Origin: Eledone cirrhosa
Lineage: Eukaryota
Assembly: GCA_964016885.1 (NCBI GenBank)
Contig: OZ024742.1
Span: forward strand, 20,770,001-20,834,000
Direction of reading: 5' to 3'
DNA length: 64,000 nucleotides
The notes under the pieces were generated by a model, which was not told the DNA's origin, made no database searches, and worked only from the letters and a program-made list of their open reading frames with translations. Of this stretch, positions 1 through 13,500 are shown one piece after another. Within the stretch, counting starts at the first letter, position 1. Each line of letters begins with the position of its first letter. The translations under genes were made by a program, and so were the position numbers.

Positions 1-612
1 GTGTTCTTCTTGTTTTCGTTGGCGGTGTTGTTGTCGTTGTCGTTGTTCTTGTTGGTGTTGTTGTTAGCACTGTCGCTGTTATCATTGTTGTATTTGTTGC
101 CACCATTGTTCTCGGTGCAGTTGGTATTGTTGCTGTTAGTGTTGTCGCTATTTGTTTTCATGTTAGTGGTGTTGATATTGTTGTTGTATTTGGGTTTTTT
201 TTTTGTTATCTGTATTTTCGTTGTCGCTGTTACTGTCATTTCTTTCAAAATTAGAGTTCTCATTGGTATCATTGGTGTCTTTGTTTACATTGTTTGTGGT
301 GGTGTTTGTGTTATCAATGTGTGTTAATTTCGCTGTAGCGCTCCTCTCAACTTCTACGTCGTTGTCGCACGACAGCCGACATATCGCTGGGGGCGTGGCT
401 CAGCCATGTTTTTTTTTCTTCGTAAATGTTTTAACATGTAAAAAAAAGTTCAAATATTTGGGCCAAAAGGCCCAAATATCATACTTTCCCCTTCACGGGG
501 CAAAGTCTAAGGGCTTATATCCCTTACACAACAAGAAATATTTAACAACAAATAATTTTAACAGGCAAATAAAGCGATTTACTGTGAGCGAGCAAAATAC
601 GTCCGCGTAGAC
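1..612 (-). mobile_element. 5' end (UTR and Asn/Thr-rich ORF1 start) of a Tx1-like L1 element, cut by the window edge
   Basis: The minus frame from 360 reads DVEVERSATAKLTHIDNTNTTTNNVNKDTNDTNENSN, the same low-complexity style as the N-terminus of the 6311 ORF1. It has a 5'UTR hairpin (454-479) homologous to that of the neighbouring element and abuts (AAT)n at 614. Confidence 0.55.
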
Positions 613-901
613 CAATAATAATAATAATAATGATTTCATTTATTAGCCACAAGGGCCGACATATAGGGGACAATACAAAGACAGGGACAGTGGGGATTTA
701 CAATAAGGTCGAGTAAAATTGCACAATGGCAAGACTAATTTAACAATGAAGATATACAAATATAAAATAAACTATGCATAAACATAACAAAATAAATTCC
801 CCGATAGGGGGTGGACGACCCTGGGGTGACTCGGGTACCCCACCAATCCTGAATCACCCTGCGCTTCTAGGGCACCCAGGGAGAGCACCCCTCTCCTCAA
901 G

Positions 902-3900
902 TTAGCTAGCCGATAGGCGCATGGTCAGAGTAGGCCCATTCACACGAACTATTCTCGCCACATTCATCCACCTTTTAGCAAATGTACTGGGAAGGGGGGG
1001 GGGGGCAGCACCTCTACTCCACCCCACCTTCCTTTCCAGGTGAAACTTGAAGAAGTTGATGAGGGATTGGCCGAAGAGAAAAACGTCTGTCTTCAGTCCT
1101 TTTAACCTGGTCCACCATATAACCTCTTTCCCAACTGCCACCAGACAGAGGAAAATTACCTGCTCCTCCTGACCTAAGGAAGGTGGTGGGTCGATCTTCA
1201 CTACGGACTCGGCCGATAGCCGGATTCGTTCCACACGCGACAGTAGCTGTTCGACATAACTCCACAAGTCAGTAATGCACGGATATTGGACAAGTGCGTG
1301 CAGAACGGTTTCGTCGTTCTATGTGCATCTTGGGCAGGTCGGTCTGACAGCACTTCCGTGACTGTAGAGTTTGTCCCGAACCGGCAGTGCCCCCCGTTAG
1401 CACTGCCAAGTGAGGGATTTCTGGAAATTGTCCATCGTCCCCGGATCAAAAGTCTTCCGGTATAGACTGGTCAGTTCGACTTCGTCGAGGCCCAAAGCTT
1501 CTCCGAGTGCGTCATCGCACTTACCCACCACTAATCCTCTATAGAACTCGAGAGTGGAAGTTCCACTGATCGCATTGCCCGCTTGGTAGAGGGCAGTGAG
1601 TGCCTGGCAACATTCCAGGTGCCAGTCACCCAGTCTCGGTCTCTTCTTGACCCAGGACTGCAGCTTAGTCAAAGAAATGAGCTGCGGAAAGGCCCGTCTG
1701 ATAAACGGCGACCACACCTGTTCACCGTTGAGGCAGAATATCTGGAGATGTCGCAGCCTCAACGCATGTCTGCGCATCATTAGCCACGGCATGCCCAGCC
1801 ATCCGCGTAGTGGGTGCTGGCAGCAGATGGACTGCCTCACCAACGGAACTTGTCCTCTCCACAAGAATTTGAAGAGGAGCCGTTCCAACTTGATGAGGCG
1901 CGGACGGGGGCAAGGCACGACGGTCAGTCGGTAGTAGATGACGGACGCGATGTACGCATTCGCCACCTCCGCGAGAACTTTCAGCGATAGCTTCCTCCCA
2001 GCCCATTTTTGGCTACTCTGCTCGTTACCTCGACCCAATTTTTTTCCACCTGGAGGTCTGGTCCGAACCAAACCCCGAGCAAATTTACCGGTCCCTCCGT
2101 CCAGCGCCCCACGACGCTGTTGGACGGTATTGGCTTGCCTCTCCTGGTTCCGAGCTGCAAGCCGACCGACTTTTCCGGGTTAATTTTGGTTCCTGTCAAC
2201 CTTTCATATTCCTTCAATAAGGTGCCGACCACCTCGATTTCTGAGGTGTTCGACACCATCACGGTGATGTCGTCCGCATAAGCCGACACCGCCTTTCCAC
2301 GCCCCGTTTCGAGCGGGATGCCCTGCAACAGCTCCAGCTTCCGCAGTAAAGGCTCGAGAGTCCATACATACAGAAGGGAAGAGAGAGGGCACCTTGACGG
2401 ACCGATCGGGAGAGCCGAAATGGTTCCGAGAGGTGGCCATTAACCTTGACCACCGAGCGTGAGCCGCTGTGCATTGCAGCGATCCAGCTTCTGAAGACAG
2501 GACTGAAGCCAGCTGCTTTGAGGACAAACTCCAGATACCGATGGTCGACCCTATCGAATACTTTCGATTGATCTAAATTGATCAGTGCCCCACCGAAGCC
2601 AGGTTTACACCCTACCCTCTCTATGATGTATCGCATGAGGTGGAGATTGTCGTGTATGGACCTGGCTGGGATTGCGCAAGTTTGCGCCTCCCCAACCAAA
2701 TCCTCGACGACAAGCGCAAATCTCTTTGCTAACACCTTGGCCAAAATCTTAAACTCTGTGTTGAGCAGAGTTATGGGCCTGAAGTTGTCTAATGTATCCA
2801 TCTTGTTCTCGTCTTTCCTTATCAGCGTCCCCACTCCCCTACTCACTGAACTGGGAATACTCCCATTCTGTGGCCAGTTGCAGTAAAGTGCTTCGAGGAG
2901 TTCGGATAACTAGTCTGGCATATTTACGTAAAGCACGTAGGGCAGGCATCCAAACCCGGGTGACTTGCGCCTTATGCAGCCGACAAGGGCGCCCTGAATT
3001 TCGGCTGAAGTAATCGGCCTTTCGCAGCGCTCAGTTTCGACCGTCGAGATGCGCGGCAAGCCGTCAAGGTGGGGACTGAAATGCGCTACTCTCTCTGACG
3101 CGCCACTCTCCCCGAACAACCGAGCAAAGTGCTGGCGAAAGGCCTCACACATCCGCTTGGAATCGTTTATCTCGTGTCCGTCTCGGTCCGCCAAAGACCG
3201 AATTGTGGTTTTATTACCACGCTGCCCCTCCGCAACGCGGGCCCATCGAACAGCTTGGGTTCCCTCGTTTCTCAGTGCACGCGCCTTAGCTCTGACAATG
3301 CAACCTTCGCGTTTCGCATTGAAGAAATGGTCTAATGCCATTCTCGCCACTAGCACGTCAGTTGTAATGCCACTACAAATAGCCTCGTCTAACTTATCTA
3401 CCAGCTCATCCTCCTTTCTATTTTTCTCTAACGCTATTTCTTTGCTGAACTCTATCGAAGTTACTCTAATCTCACCCTTTTGAGAGTCCCCCACCATCTG
3501 TTGTTGATGATCCCCCCCCTGTCAACTTTTGCTTAACTAAATTGTTGACACGGTCCCTGTAAGCCTTACGTGCTGGAAATGACATGTTCAGCTTCCAGTA
3601 ACCCGGCCCTAACCTACGCGTTTTATCTAGGTCGACCGTACAGATCACAAATTTGTGATCTGAATAGGCGACCGTTTTAAAAAGTGGGCTGCCCACACTA
3701 TTTCTATCTATTTTCCTAATGAAAATCCTGTCTATATACGATCTAGATGACCCCATTCGGTTGGTCCATGTCCATACTTGCACATTGGGGAAATCTAGTC
3801 GATACCTGTCAGACAGTTGGAACTGACTGAGTAGGTGCTTGAGGCTTTTGCACCCCCCGCTCCTATCGGCTACTCCCACACAATCCCAGCATGCGTCTAA

Positions 3901-4331
3901 GATTATTCCAGTGCCCAGCAAACAGTAAGAGGCGAGACGTACCCAGAAAGGTCTCCAGGCGCCTAAAGAAGTCCGGTCGTCCGGCCCCTGTAGGGGCGTA
4001 GACGGCCAGCAGTCTAAAGCACCACCTTCGCTACTGCTCACATCCAAGACCACCAACTTACTGTCCGGGTCCCGGAAGATCGACCTTACCTCGAGTTCCA
4101 GTCCTTTCCTAAAAAGCACTGCCACCCCACCCCTATACCAGGTCTGCTAACAGATGCGAAGATCTGATAGTCGTCGAAAATGGGGGCTAGTGCGCGCCTG
4201 TCGGAAATTCTGCTCTCTCTGACGGCAATCACATCCATTTCCAGCAACCCGAGGTCGTTGAGCAGGCGACCCTGCTTCCAGGGTGACCCCAGGCCGCGAA
4301 CATTTAAAGTTCCTACTCTTAATATGGCCAT
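902..4331 (-). pseudogene. Tx1 ORF2 (AP endonuclease + reverse transcriptase), multiply frameshifted
   Basis: APE motifs TLNVRGL, SYIDRIF, YSDHK and GPGYWKLN. RT motifs KSPG, NFRPITLLNTEFKILAK, LDQSKVFDRVDH, VRQG and SAYADDITV. C-terminal WWTR..FFKFHL..KRW. Confidence 0.92.
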
Positions 4332-4360
4332 ATTGGTAAGCTAAGAGAGAGAGGGAAGGT

Positions 4361-6311
4361 TTACTTACCTCCCGGGGTCTTGTGAAGGTCGGGTGGTTCG
4401 ACCTCCATGGCTGGTGGGGTTTCTTTCTGGAACCCCTTTAAAAGTCTTGATGTAGGTTTCACACTCGGGTTCCCACGTCTTGAGGAAAGCTATCTCGAAT
4501 TTCTTTGATGGAATTGAGTGACATTCGGACCAGGAGCAAATCTTCTGGTACGCAAAATATGCTCATTTCAAAAATCTCCCCCTGTTTGAATGTCCTCGCT
4601 TCGTGCTAAGAGCGCCATCAGTTTATCGTTGGCCCTTCAGACAAGCACGAAGTTTTTAACATTTTGTTGGTGTGGTTTTATTTGTTTTCGTTTTGGTGAC
4701 TGTGGTGGTGTTGTTTCGGGTATGTCTGTGTTTGTTGTAGGTGTGGTGTCTGCAATTTCAGGTATTTGTATGTTTATTTGTACTTGTGTTTGTTTAGGTT
4801 GTTAGCGTTTCGGGGATTGTGGAGGTGGTGTCGATGTTGCTGTTGGTGATGATGTTATTGGGGAAATGTTTGCGTTAGTGGTGTCTGTATTTTTTGTTGT
4901 GTATGTTTTTGTGTTTTGTTGGGGCTTTTTTGTGTCAGTTTTCTGTTTTTTTGCACTTTGGGGTTTTCCTTCACCTTCGCTGCTGGGAGACAAAGGGTCT
5001 GTGGCTGTGAGTGTCTCTGTGTCTGTGTGTGCGTTTGTTGTTTTGTCTATGTGTATAATGGGGGGGGGGGGAGCTTTCCTCGTTTTCCTTTTGGATTGGT
5101 TTTGGTGTTGGTGGTGATCCGGCTGTTTTTGATGTTGGTGTCCGTGTTTTTGTTGGTGTGTTTTTGGTGGTGGTGGTGGCGCAGATTTCCGTGCTGACAC
5201 TGGCGTTGGCAACAAAGGAGGTTTGCGACCCCCTGCATTTTTTGCGCTGAGGGTAGAAGGCTTGCAGATGCGTTGCTTCCCCGCAGACGAAGCAGCATGG
5301 CCTTCTTCCGTCAATGATTAGTTGGATTGTTGTCCCGTCCTGCATGCGGGAAAAATCCGGGATATTGCTCATGTCCTCCGGTTTCATTTGGAGAAGAATC
5401 TCCAAATCCATTCCGGACTAGTCCTCTCTCTCTGTCCTTTCGATATCCAGGGGGGTAGTGTCTGTCCCCTCCTCGATTACTCATCCCAGCAGCCACCATA
5501 TGTTCATTCCTTGTGGGATGCTGGTAATGCGTACCTTTACTGTCCTTTTACCCATGTAGGACGGATGCAAGATAATGCGTTCCGTTCTGCAGGGGGTCAC
5601 CGAGTGCTTAATAGCGAGGGCCTCGGTTTTGAACAGTACCGAGATGGTACCGAACTGTTTGCCTCTTGCTTTATACTCTATGATACTTCCGATGTACTCC
5701 AAGGCAGCCTCGACGTCTGCTTGGCTGGCAAGTTCCACTTTTCGTGTCTGCACCGAAATGCATTGAAAGAACACCGTCCTCCTTTGCATGGCCGCTATTG
5801 CCTCGTCCGGGATGGCCAGGATTGCCCAGGACTTCTCCCGTTTAATTAACCTCCACGATTGGGCCAACTGTTCGTCTTTATCGCAAATATCAATATCAAT
5901 ATTCAATAAGCGCGTTGTTTTTGCTGCTGCTGCAGCAAATGTGGAGCTTCTGATGCTCTTATTGTTGGTGTTGTCATTCTTGCTGTTGTTATTGGTGTTG
6001 TTGTTGTTGTTTTGTTTGTTGATGCTGTTGCCACCGCCATCCGTGTTTACATTGAAGCTGTTGGTGTTATTGTCGTTATTACTCTGAGTTGTTGTTGTTG
6101 TGGTGGTGGCAGTGGTGGTGATGTCCTTTTCAGATGATACTGCTGCTATCACAGAAGGTTGTGATGGTAGCTTTTTAGTTTTGCCTTCACATTCAGTAGA
6201 GTGGACGAAAGGCATGACTGTAGCCGTCGTAGTCGTGGTGAAATCTGCAGTGGCTGCCTTTAAACTTTTGACCTGAACGTTGTTTACCGTTTCAAGGTCG
6301 AAAATTTCCAT
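4361..6311 (-). pseudogene. Tx1 ORF1 (gag-like, degenerate CCHC knuckle), frameshifted
   Basis: Pieces 5481-6311, 4971-5411 (GRRPCCFVCGEATHL) and 4802-5314. The C-terminus KETPPAMEVEPPDLHKTPGGK* ends at 4361. Confidence 0.75.
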
Positions 6312-6544
6312 AATTATTTTTTTGGTGGGGAAGCGATTTTTTTTGAAGTTTTTAAAAAATAAATCTGAATATTCGGGCTTAAAGCCCGAATATTGAGAGG
6401 TATCCCTCTCTTTAAATCAAGATGTGTACCTTAAGTTTCGTTAACGACAAGAAAATTTAAAAAATGACACTTTAAAACAGCTTAAAGTTACAAACCTTTT
6501 TCCCTCGCAGATTTGTACTGTCTTCACACATGTGCGGCCATATC

Positions 6545-6554
6545 AATAATGATG

Positions 6555-6619
<65 letters not shown>

Positions 6620-6648
6620 TATTATTATTATTAATTACTATTATTATT
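6545..6648. repeat. (AAT)n/(ATT)n microsatellite at the Tx1 5' junction
   Basis: Directly visible. Confidence 0.95.
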
Positions 6649-6950
6649 GTCTCAAGTTTTAACAAAATGTTTAAATCCAATATTAAGAAAATATGTCAAC
6701 ACATATACGCGACTAACCCCATAGATTCACCGATCAAACAAAATACAGTCTATTCAACAAAACTCAGTAACGACAACGCCATCACTACAGTCACCGCCGC
6801 CGCCACCCATCCATCATTACTACCACTATCCCATCACCGCCGCCACCACTCCTTCATTGCTACCACCGCTATCCCCCGATTACCTTCTATTAACTTACGA
6901 AAGGGGAAGATGGCGGTATCACTAGACAATATTAATAAACAAGATTAATA
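6640..6950 (+). repeat. Dispersed non-coding module, copy 1 (others at ~10010-10525 + and ~32360-32950 -)
   Basis: Shared strings ttattgtctcaagtttt, atatgtcaac, ccatcaccgccgccaccactcc and gaaaggggaag.tggcggta. Confidence 0.8.
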
Positions 6951-7472
6951 TTTAATTTTGGATCAGGAATGTTAGAGTCGAAAAGGAGGAAAATGACAAA
7001 ATGACTAAATAACTAAAGATAATTTCACCACCAACAACACCACCACCACTACCACGATGAAAACTCTGGTCAAGTCGACTCAACCGCTATTTCTACTCCA
7101 ACTTCAACACCATCACTACAGTAATACGATCACATCACCACCGCCACTGCCTCATTATCACTACCGCCGCTATTCTCTCCCGCTACCACCTGCTACATTG
7201 TAGAATCCCCACTAAAAGAGGAAGGCATCAAAATATATAAATAGACTGAATTGATGACCCGGTCAAAATCAAAAAACAAAAATCAAAATCAAAGCAGCAC
7301 AGCAACAACGAAAAACGTAAAGAAAATAAAAATGAATAGAAAAACAAGCAGACGGGCAGAGGAGGGAAGGGAAAAACAAAGTCAGACATTCAAACACTAC
7401 ATTACAATGAAACTTATGCTTATTTATTTTTGGTTTTTTTTTTGCCTGTTTGTTTGTTTGTTTATTTATGTT

Positions 7473-10018
7473 CGTCTACAGCGTGATAATGTCACACAAA
7501 AATCACGTGGAGTGACGAAACCACCGGAGGCGATTAATTCACCGGTGGTTATGTAACCATACATTCACCAATCCTCGATAGGAGTGTTTAAATGTCGAAC
7601 CTAAACAGTTCGAATAACGGTGAAATGGAGACTAGAATGTCATGTGACAGACTCTCACCCAATAGGTGCTCCCTGGCTCAGCTGCAGGGACCTGGCTGTC
7701 AACCAAATACTGCTGGTGTCGGAGGAAGAAGAAGAAGGAAAGGGACCAGAACCAACTGGACGAAAGAATTGAATAGAACTCTTATGCAATGTTACCTGAA
7801 GAGTAACCCCAAGGAGAAAGGCTATAGGAAACGGATGCATAACATCTGGAACGAGATTGGTCTATTTAAATTAGATGAACAAAAATTGGCCGGGCAGGCT
7901 CGGGTAATAACAACTAATGGGTGGATAAGCGAGCTGGAACTGGAGGAACTGAGCAGATAGATTAGCTTGGAGATGGAGAGTGGAGTATGCCAGGCAAACG
8001 AGCCAGTGGGAAATGAAGGTGAGGAGGTCGAGAGAACGGAGGAACCACCCGAAGCAGACAATGATCTGAATGCTGAGATAAATAATACCTGGAACAGAGA
8101 TACGGCCACTGAGGAGATGAATGCTGACGGGCTAGGACAAGATTTGGTTGATATCCTAAACATAGTGGTAGATGAATTGAACAATGATAGTGGGAGACGT
8201 ATGAACCTAAGATTTGTAGACAGGAAAAAGTTAAAAGAAACAACAGCTAAGGTAAACAAAGTCATCCCATACCTTGAGGCGAGGAGCCTTCACCAGTGCA
8301 ACAATATCCTCAAAGAAACAGCAAATACGGTGAGGAAACTACTTGGTATAAAGGCGAGAGGAAACAACAGACAAGAAAGAGCAGAGCCTTGGTGGAAGAA
8401 ACGACTGACTGGTCAAATCAGGGAAATGAGAAATGACATTGAAAAGCTTGAGTCCCTACTGAATGGGACACTAAAAAACATAGACACTAAAAATAGACTG
8501 GAAATAAAGTACAAAACTAGGAGGAACAAGCTAAATATTATCATAGAGGAACTGAAGCAACGCATTGTAGCAAAGAGTGCAAAAATCCGGCGATACGAGA
8601 ACAGAGTCAGTCAGTATAGACAGAACCGCATGTTCGACAACAACCAGAAGATGCTGTTTGGACAGCTTGAAGGGAAAGAAAGAGGCAACGACTTGATCCC
8701 TGAGGCGGAACAAACTAAAATATTCTGGAGAGGAATATGGGAGCAGGATGTTAAACATAACGACCAGGCAGTGTGGATTGAGACAGTACAGAAGAAGATT
8801 AGTGAACAGGCACACCAACAAACTGATTTGAGTATGACAGTTGAAACTCTTGAAGGGCAGGCCAAAAAACTAACCAACTGGAAATCACCAGGCCCAGATG
8901 GTGTGCAGGGGTATTGGATTAAAAATATAACATCCCTCCACCCGAAACTGACAACCATGTTCAATGACTGCTTGATGTCAGGTGAGGTACCAGAGTGGTT
9001 GACAAAAGGCACCACAGTTCTGATAATGAAAGACCGAATCAAGGGTAATGATGTTACCAACTATAGACCTATCACATGTCTGTCCGTAATGTGGAAACTG
9101 TTGACAAGCATTATGTCTGAGGAAATAACATCAAGGAGAAAGAGCAGCCTTCAGGAAAAATCCCTTCATAGTACCTTCTTTGAGAAAACTGAATTTAGAG
9201 ATCCACAGACATGGAACTGGTTGAAAAGAGGAGACCTTAAAAAGGCTACAGAAGGAATGTTAATGGCTGCACAGGAGCATGCCCACAAAATGAAGTGGTT
9301 GAAACACCATATTTACAAGGAGGGGGCTAGCCCACTGTGCTGGATCTGTGGAGAGAGAGAGAGGAGACTGTGGCTCACATTGTATCCGAGTGTAAACACC
9401 TAGCCCAGGCTCACTATAAGAGCAGGAGACATGATGTGATGGGCAGGGTGATCCACTGGCACCTATGCAAAGTAAACAATTTACCACATTCTGAGAAGTG
9501 GTATGAGCATTAGCCAGAGTCGGTGATAGAAAACGATCAGGTGAAGGTGCTGAGGTATTTTAGGATACAGACGGACAAGAAACTGGAACAGATTAGACCT
9601 GACCTGGTGGTTGTGGACAAAGAAAAAAGATCGTGTCTGATTGTGGATGTGGCCGGCCCATTCGACACGAGAGTGTAAGAGAAGGAGAGGGAGAAAATTA
9701 ACCGATACCAGGACTTAAAGTGGGAGGTAAAAAGGATTTGGAACTGCCATGAAGTCAAAGTGATCCCGATTGTCATAGGCGCTAGGGACTATCTCAAAAA
9801 GTATCCTGGGATGGTTAAAGAAAATTGGCCCCTTCACGCTTTTTGGAACGCTTCAAAAGGCATGCTTGTTGGGAACAGCAAGAACCCTCCGATACGTCCT
9901 GAATATCTGAGGCTGCAGGTAGTGGCTTGATATTCATTCCAACAAACTTTCCAGTTAACTAACATCAATGACTGAGACTCAAAGAGTAATAACAATAATA
10001 ATAATTATTATTATTATT
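7473..10018 (+). mobile_element. R4/Dong-clade non-LTR element, family A, internally deleted
   Basis: N-terminal RTNWTKELN..GYRKRMHNIW..LELEEL, then PWWKKRL, WKSPGPDG and NYRPITCL. It jumps to EGMLMAAQE, CWICG, RHD and the RPDLVVVD..LIVDV restriction-like endonuclease, and ends in an (AAT)n tail. Confidence 0.88.
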
Positions 10019-10525
10019 GTATCCCAAGTTTCCTCAAACTATTTAACTCAAATATTAAGGAAATATGTCAACATATATATAAACATAGGCGACAAACCAC
10101 ATAGATATACAGATCAAACAAACGCATACTAGCTACAGTCTATTCAACAGAATTCAGTAGCAACAACGCCATCATTACAGTACCACTATCCCATCACCGC
10201 CGCCACCACTCCATCATTGCTACCACAACTATTCCCCCGCTACCTTCTGTTAACTTAAGAAAGGGGAAGGTGGCGGTAACACGAGACAAGGGAGAGGATA
10301 ACAAAAAGTATAAATAAACTTAGTGACTCGGTCAAAAGAAAACGACTCTGGCACTGAATTTCCCCGCCCCCCTTCCCCACAACAATAGAAAAAGCCCAGC
10401 ACCACCGGCATAGGCAACAATAACAACAGAGGCAATTCCAACAAAAAGTATATTACATTATTAATAATAATTTCTTTCTTAGGCACGTAGGTCTCACATT
10501 AAGGAACCATTCATGATAATAACAA
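10010..10525 (+). repeat. Dispersed non-coding module, copy 2, directly upstream of Dong-B copy 1
   Basis: Aligns by eye with 6640-6950 and, over its whole length, with the reverse complement of 32360-32950. Confidence 0.8.
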
Positions 10526-10561
10526 TTTAACCCCCCCCCCCCCCCCCCCAAAAAAAAAAAA

Positions 10562-13500
10562 AACTCCGTGACCAAGAAATACCAGGTGGCAGCCGGCGGG
10601 GAATAACCGTGTCTCTATTTGAGGACGATCCTTCTAGCCTTGGTTGACACTCGCCTTAGGAGTGGTAACACGAAATGATTTCCCCTTGGTGGCTAAGGAT
10701 AAAACGCAACAAAATAAAGCCAATGTCAAATGATAAAATATCATACCTGATCGGCCGTCACCCGGGTCAAAAAGGCCCGCGTCCCTCAAAGAGGAACCAG
10801 ACTGGGGTCGAAAAATCAGCTAATGGTTCAAACATTCCTATCAATTCGGAGATGGAGAACTCCCATAACCGGAATACTCCTACTGTTGGCCCTTCATGCT
10901 CACCACCAAGAAATCCAAAGAAAAAGAGAGAAAAATGTTCAAGGGAAAACAATAAAGAAGTCCTAGAGGCTTTCTACACTGCCATGTACTACCCATCAAA
11001 TAGATCGAATACCGAACAGACGTATATCAACTGGAAAAAGAAACATACCGAAAACAGAGGCTATATTGACAGTAACAAACTAGCTAATATACGAAGAAAT
11101 ATTGTTAAGAAAATGTTACTGATATAGAAATTGATTAGATCACGCAATTAACGCAAAGTTAGCGAAGGGAAAATGAAACGACTCAGTTAAAACGAGGTAA
11201 ATTGTAACACTTCAAATCCCAGGGTTGGGGCGGAATCACTGACAACAGAACAAATTAAAGAAAGGATCGAAAAAGTAGAAGGAGTGCATGCTCAAGATGG
11301 TACTCAAAATGAAAAGAATGAGATCATAAATGATAAAGAAATGAATGAGAATGAACTCGCCAACTTGAAGAATGAAATTATGATCGAATGGATGAAAATG
11401 GAAGAATCTGACATGTGGGAACGAGACATCTCCCTAAGATCCAGAACTCCAAACAAAACCAAAGGATAATACACAAGACTAACATAACTCTCAAAAACAT
11501 TATCATCACAAATAAACTAAACATTACTGATCTAAATCATTTCTATTATGCATCGGCTAAAGTCACCACTCACGTATGTGGAGTGAAAATGAACAAGAAC
11601 AAAGGAATTCCCACAAAAAACCTACTTTGCAAGAGAACATTAATCGCCAAATAAACCTTCTCCGATCTGACATAGAAATTTTAACAAACTACAAAGTAGG
11701 TGAACATGTTAAAGAAACTCAACTTAGAAAATTGAAAAGAAAATACAGTATAAAATCAACAAGTGACATGCTGATAGAAACAATCAAGCAAAAAGTGTCG
11801 GCCAAAGCTGCTCGTATAAGGCGCCTTGAAAAAAGATCTAGATTTTATAGGGATAATCATATGTTCAAAAACAACCAAAGAAACTACTACAGACAAATTG
11901 GCAAGTGAACAATAACTGCTAAATCAACACCACTAAAGGAGGAAGTGCAAGACTTCTGGGAAAAGATCTGGGCCGAAGAAAAAGTTCATAATATACATGC
12001 CCCATGGATAGATAGACAAATGAAAGATACAGCTCACCTTGAGGAGAAACATGGGAAAATATAACAGTTGAACAACTGCGTTTAGCTCTTAGAAAATCCA
12101 GCAAATGGAAATCCCCAGAGAAAGACAGTCTCATGAGTTGTTAGCCCAACTTCACAATGAAATGGTTAAGGAGCCAGAAGAGATACCATCATGGCTCGTT
12201 AACGGCATTACATTCCTACTTCCCAAGAATGATGAGACAAACAATCCCAAAATTACAGACAGATAACTTGCTTGACCACAATGTATAAAATGTTAACATC
12301 AGTCGTAACTGAATATACATATGATCACAAATGATCTATTTCTGAATGAGCAGAAAGGGTGAAAACGAGGCTCATATCGCTGTAAGGATCAGCATTTGGT
12401 TAACAAAATGATACTGGAAGATTGTCATAATAGACACAACAATCTATCAATTGCTTGGATAGATTGCAGAAAAGCATTCGATAGTTTGCCACACAGTTGG
12501 ATTGAAAAGTGTTTAGAGATTTTCAAAATATCTCCCGTTGTCAGGAGGTTCCTGTCAGTCAGTATGAAGACATGGAAAATGACACTCCTTTTCAATAGTG
12601 AATAAAAAATCACTGGAAGCTGAAGAAGTTAATATTAATTGTGGAATTTTTCAGGCTGACTCTTTATCACCGCTTTTATGCTGCATCGTACTTATACCAT
12701 TAAGTAAAATGCTCAGTGAAACAAAACATGAATATAAAGTCTATGACAAAACAATTAATCACATGTTCTACATGGATGACCTGAAACTATTTGCAAAAAA
12801 ATGATGAGTAATTGCAAGAGTTATTATCCACTGTGAAGCAGTTCAGTGATGATATTAAAATGGAGTTTGGACTAGATAAATGCTCCAAAACAACGTTCAC
12901 GAGAGGAAAGCTGCTGAAAAGTTCAGACATTAATCTTGATCGAGGGAATGTGATAAGAGAACTTGATCAAGAGGAAACTTACAAATATCTAGGTGTTTGT
13001 GAAGGAGACGGAATCAAGCACTCGACAATGAGGGAAAGGATAAGGAAGGAATGTTACCGAAGAGTTAAGGAATAGGATCGATACCATAAACACGCTTGCC
13101 ATACCAGTAGTAATCTACAGTTACAATATCACCAACTGGTCAAGCACAGAGATTCGTAGGCTCGATACAAAAATTAAAAAATTCTTAACCATGCACAGAA
13201 TGCATCACCCTAAGGCAGATACAGATATAATATATTTCCCTAGGAAAGAAGGAGGACGTGGGTTAATCCAGTTAGATATTGCGTTGAAAACTGCAACAAT
13301 TGGATTATCTACATATCTAAGAGAATCACATGATTGGATGGTCAAACTCGTTTTGAAACATTAAAGCATCAAAATATCATACTCCATTACAAAAGATGCA
13401 CAAAGACACAGTAATAAACTACACATTTCCGAAGTTCCATTTACTGCTGAAATGAAAAACACAGAAAAAGCAAAGCAGGTAAAAGTAACTGCAAAGAAAG

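Larger units (their letters stand above)
614..6545 (-). mobile_element. Full-length, decayed Tx1-clade (L1) non-LTR retrotransposon
   Basis: Contains ORF1 (zinc knuckle) and ORF2 (APE+RT). The 3' end reads AATAAA then (ATT)n at ~644-614 on minus; the 5' end abuts (AAT)n at ~6545. Confidence 0.9.

Noticed and set aside
1583-6087. Plus-strand ORFs over the Tx1 element
   Set aside because: Antisense shadows of GC-rich retroelement coding sequence.
10562-10700. HDV-like ribozyme in the Dong 5'UTR
   Set aside because: Plausible for the R4 clade, but I could not build the nested double pseudoknot by eye.
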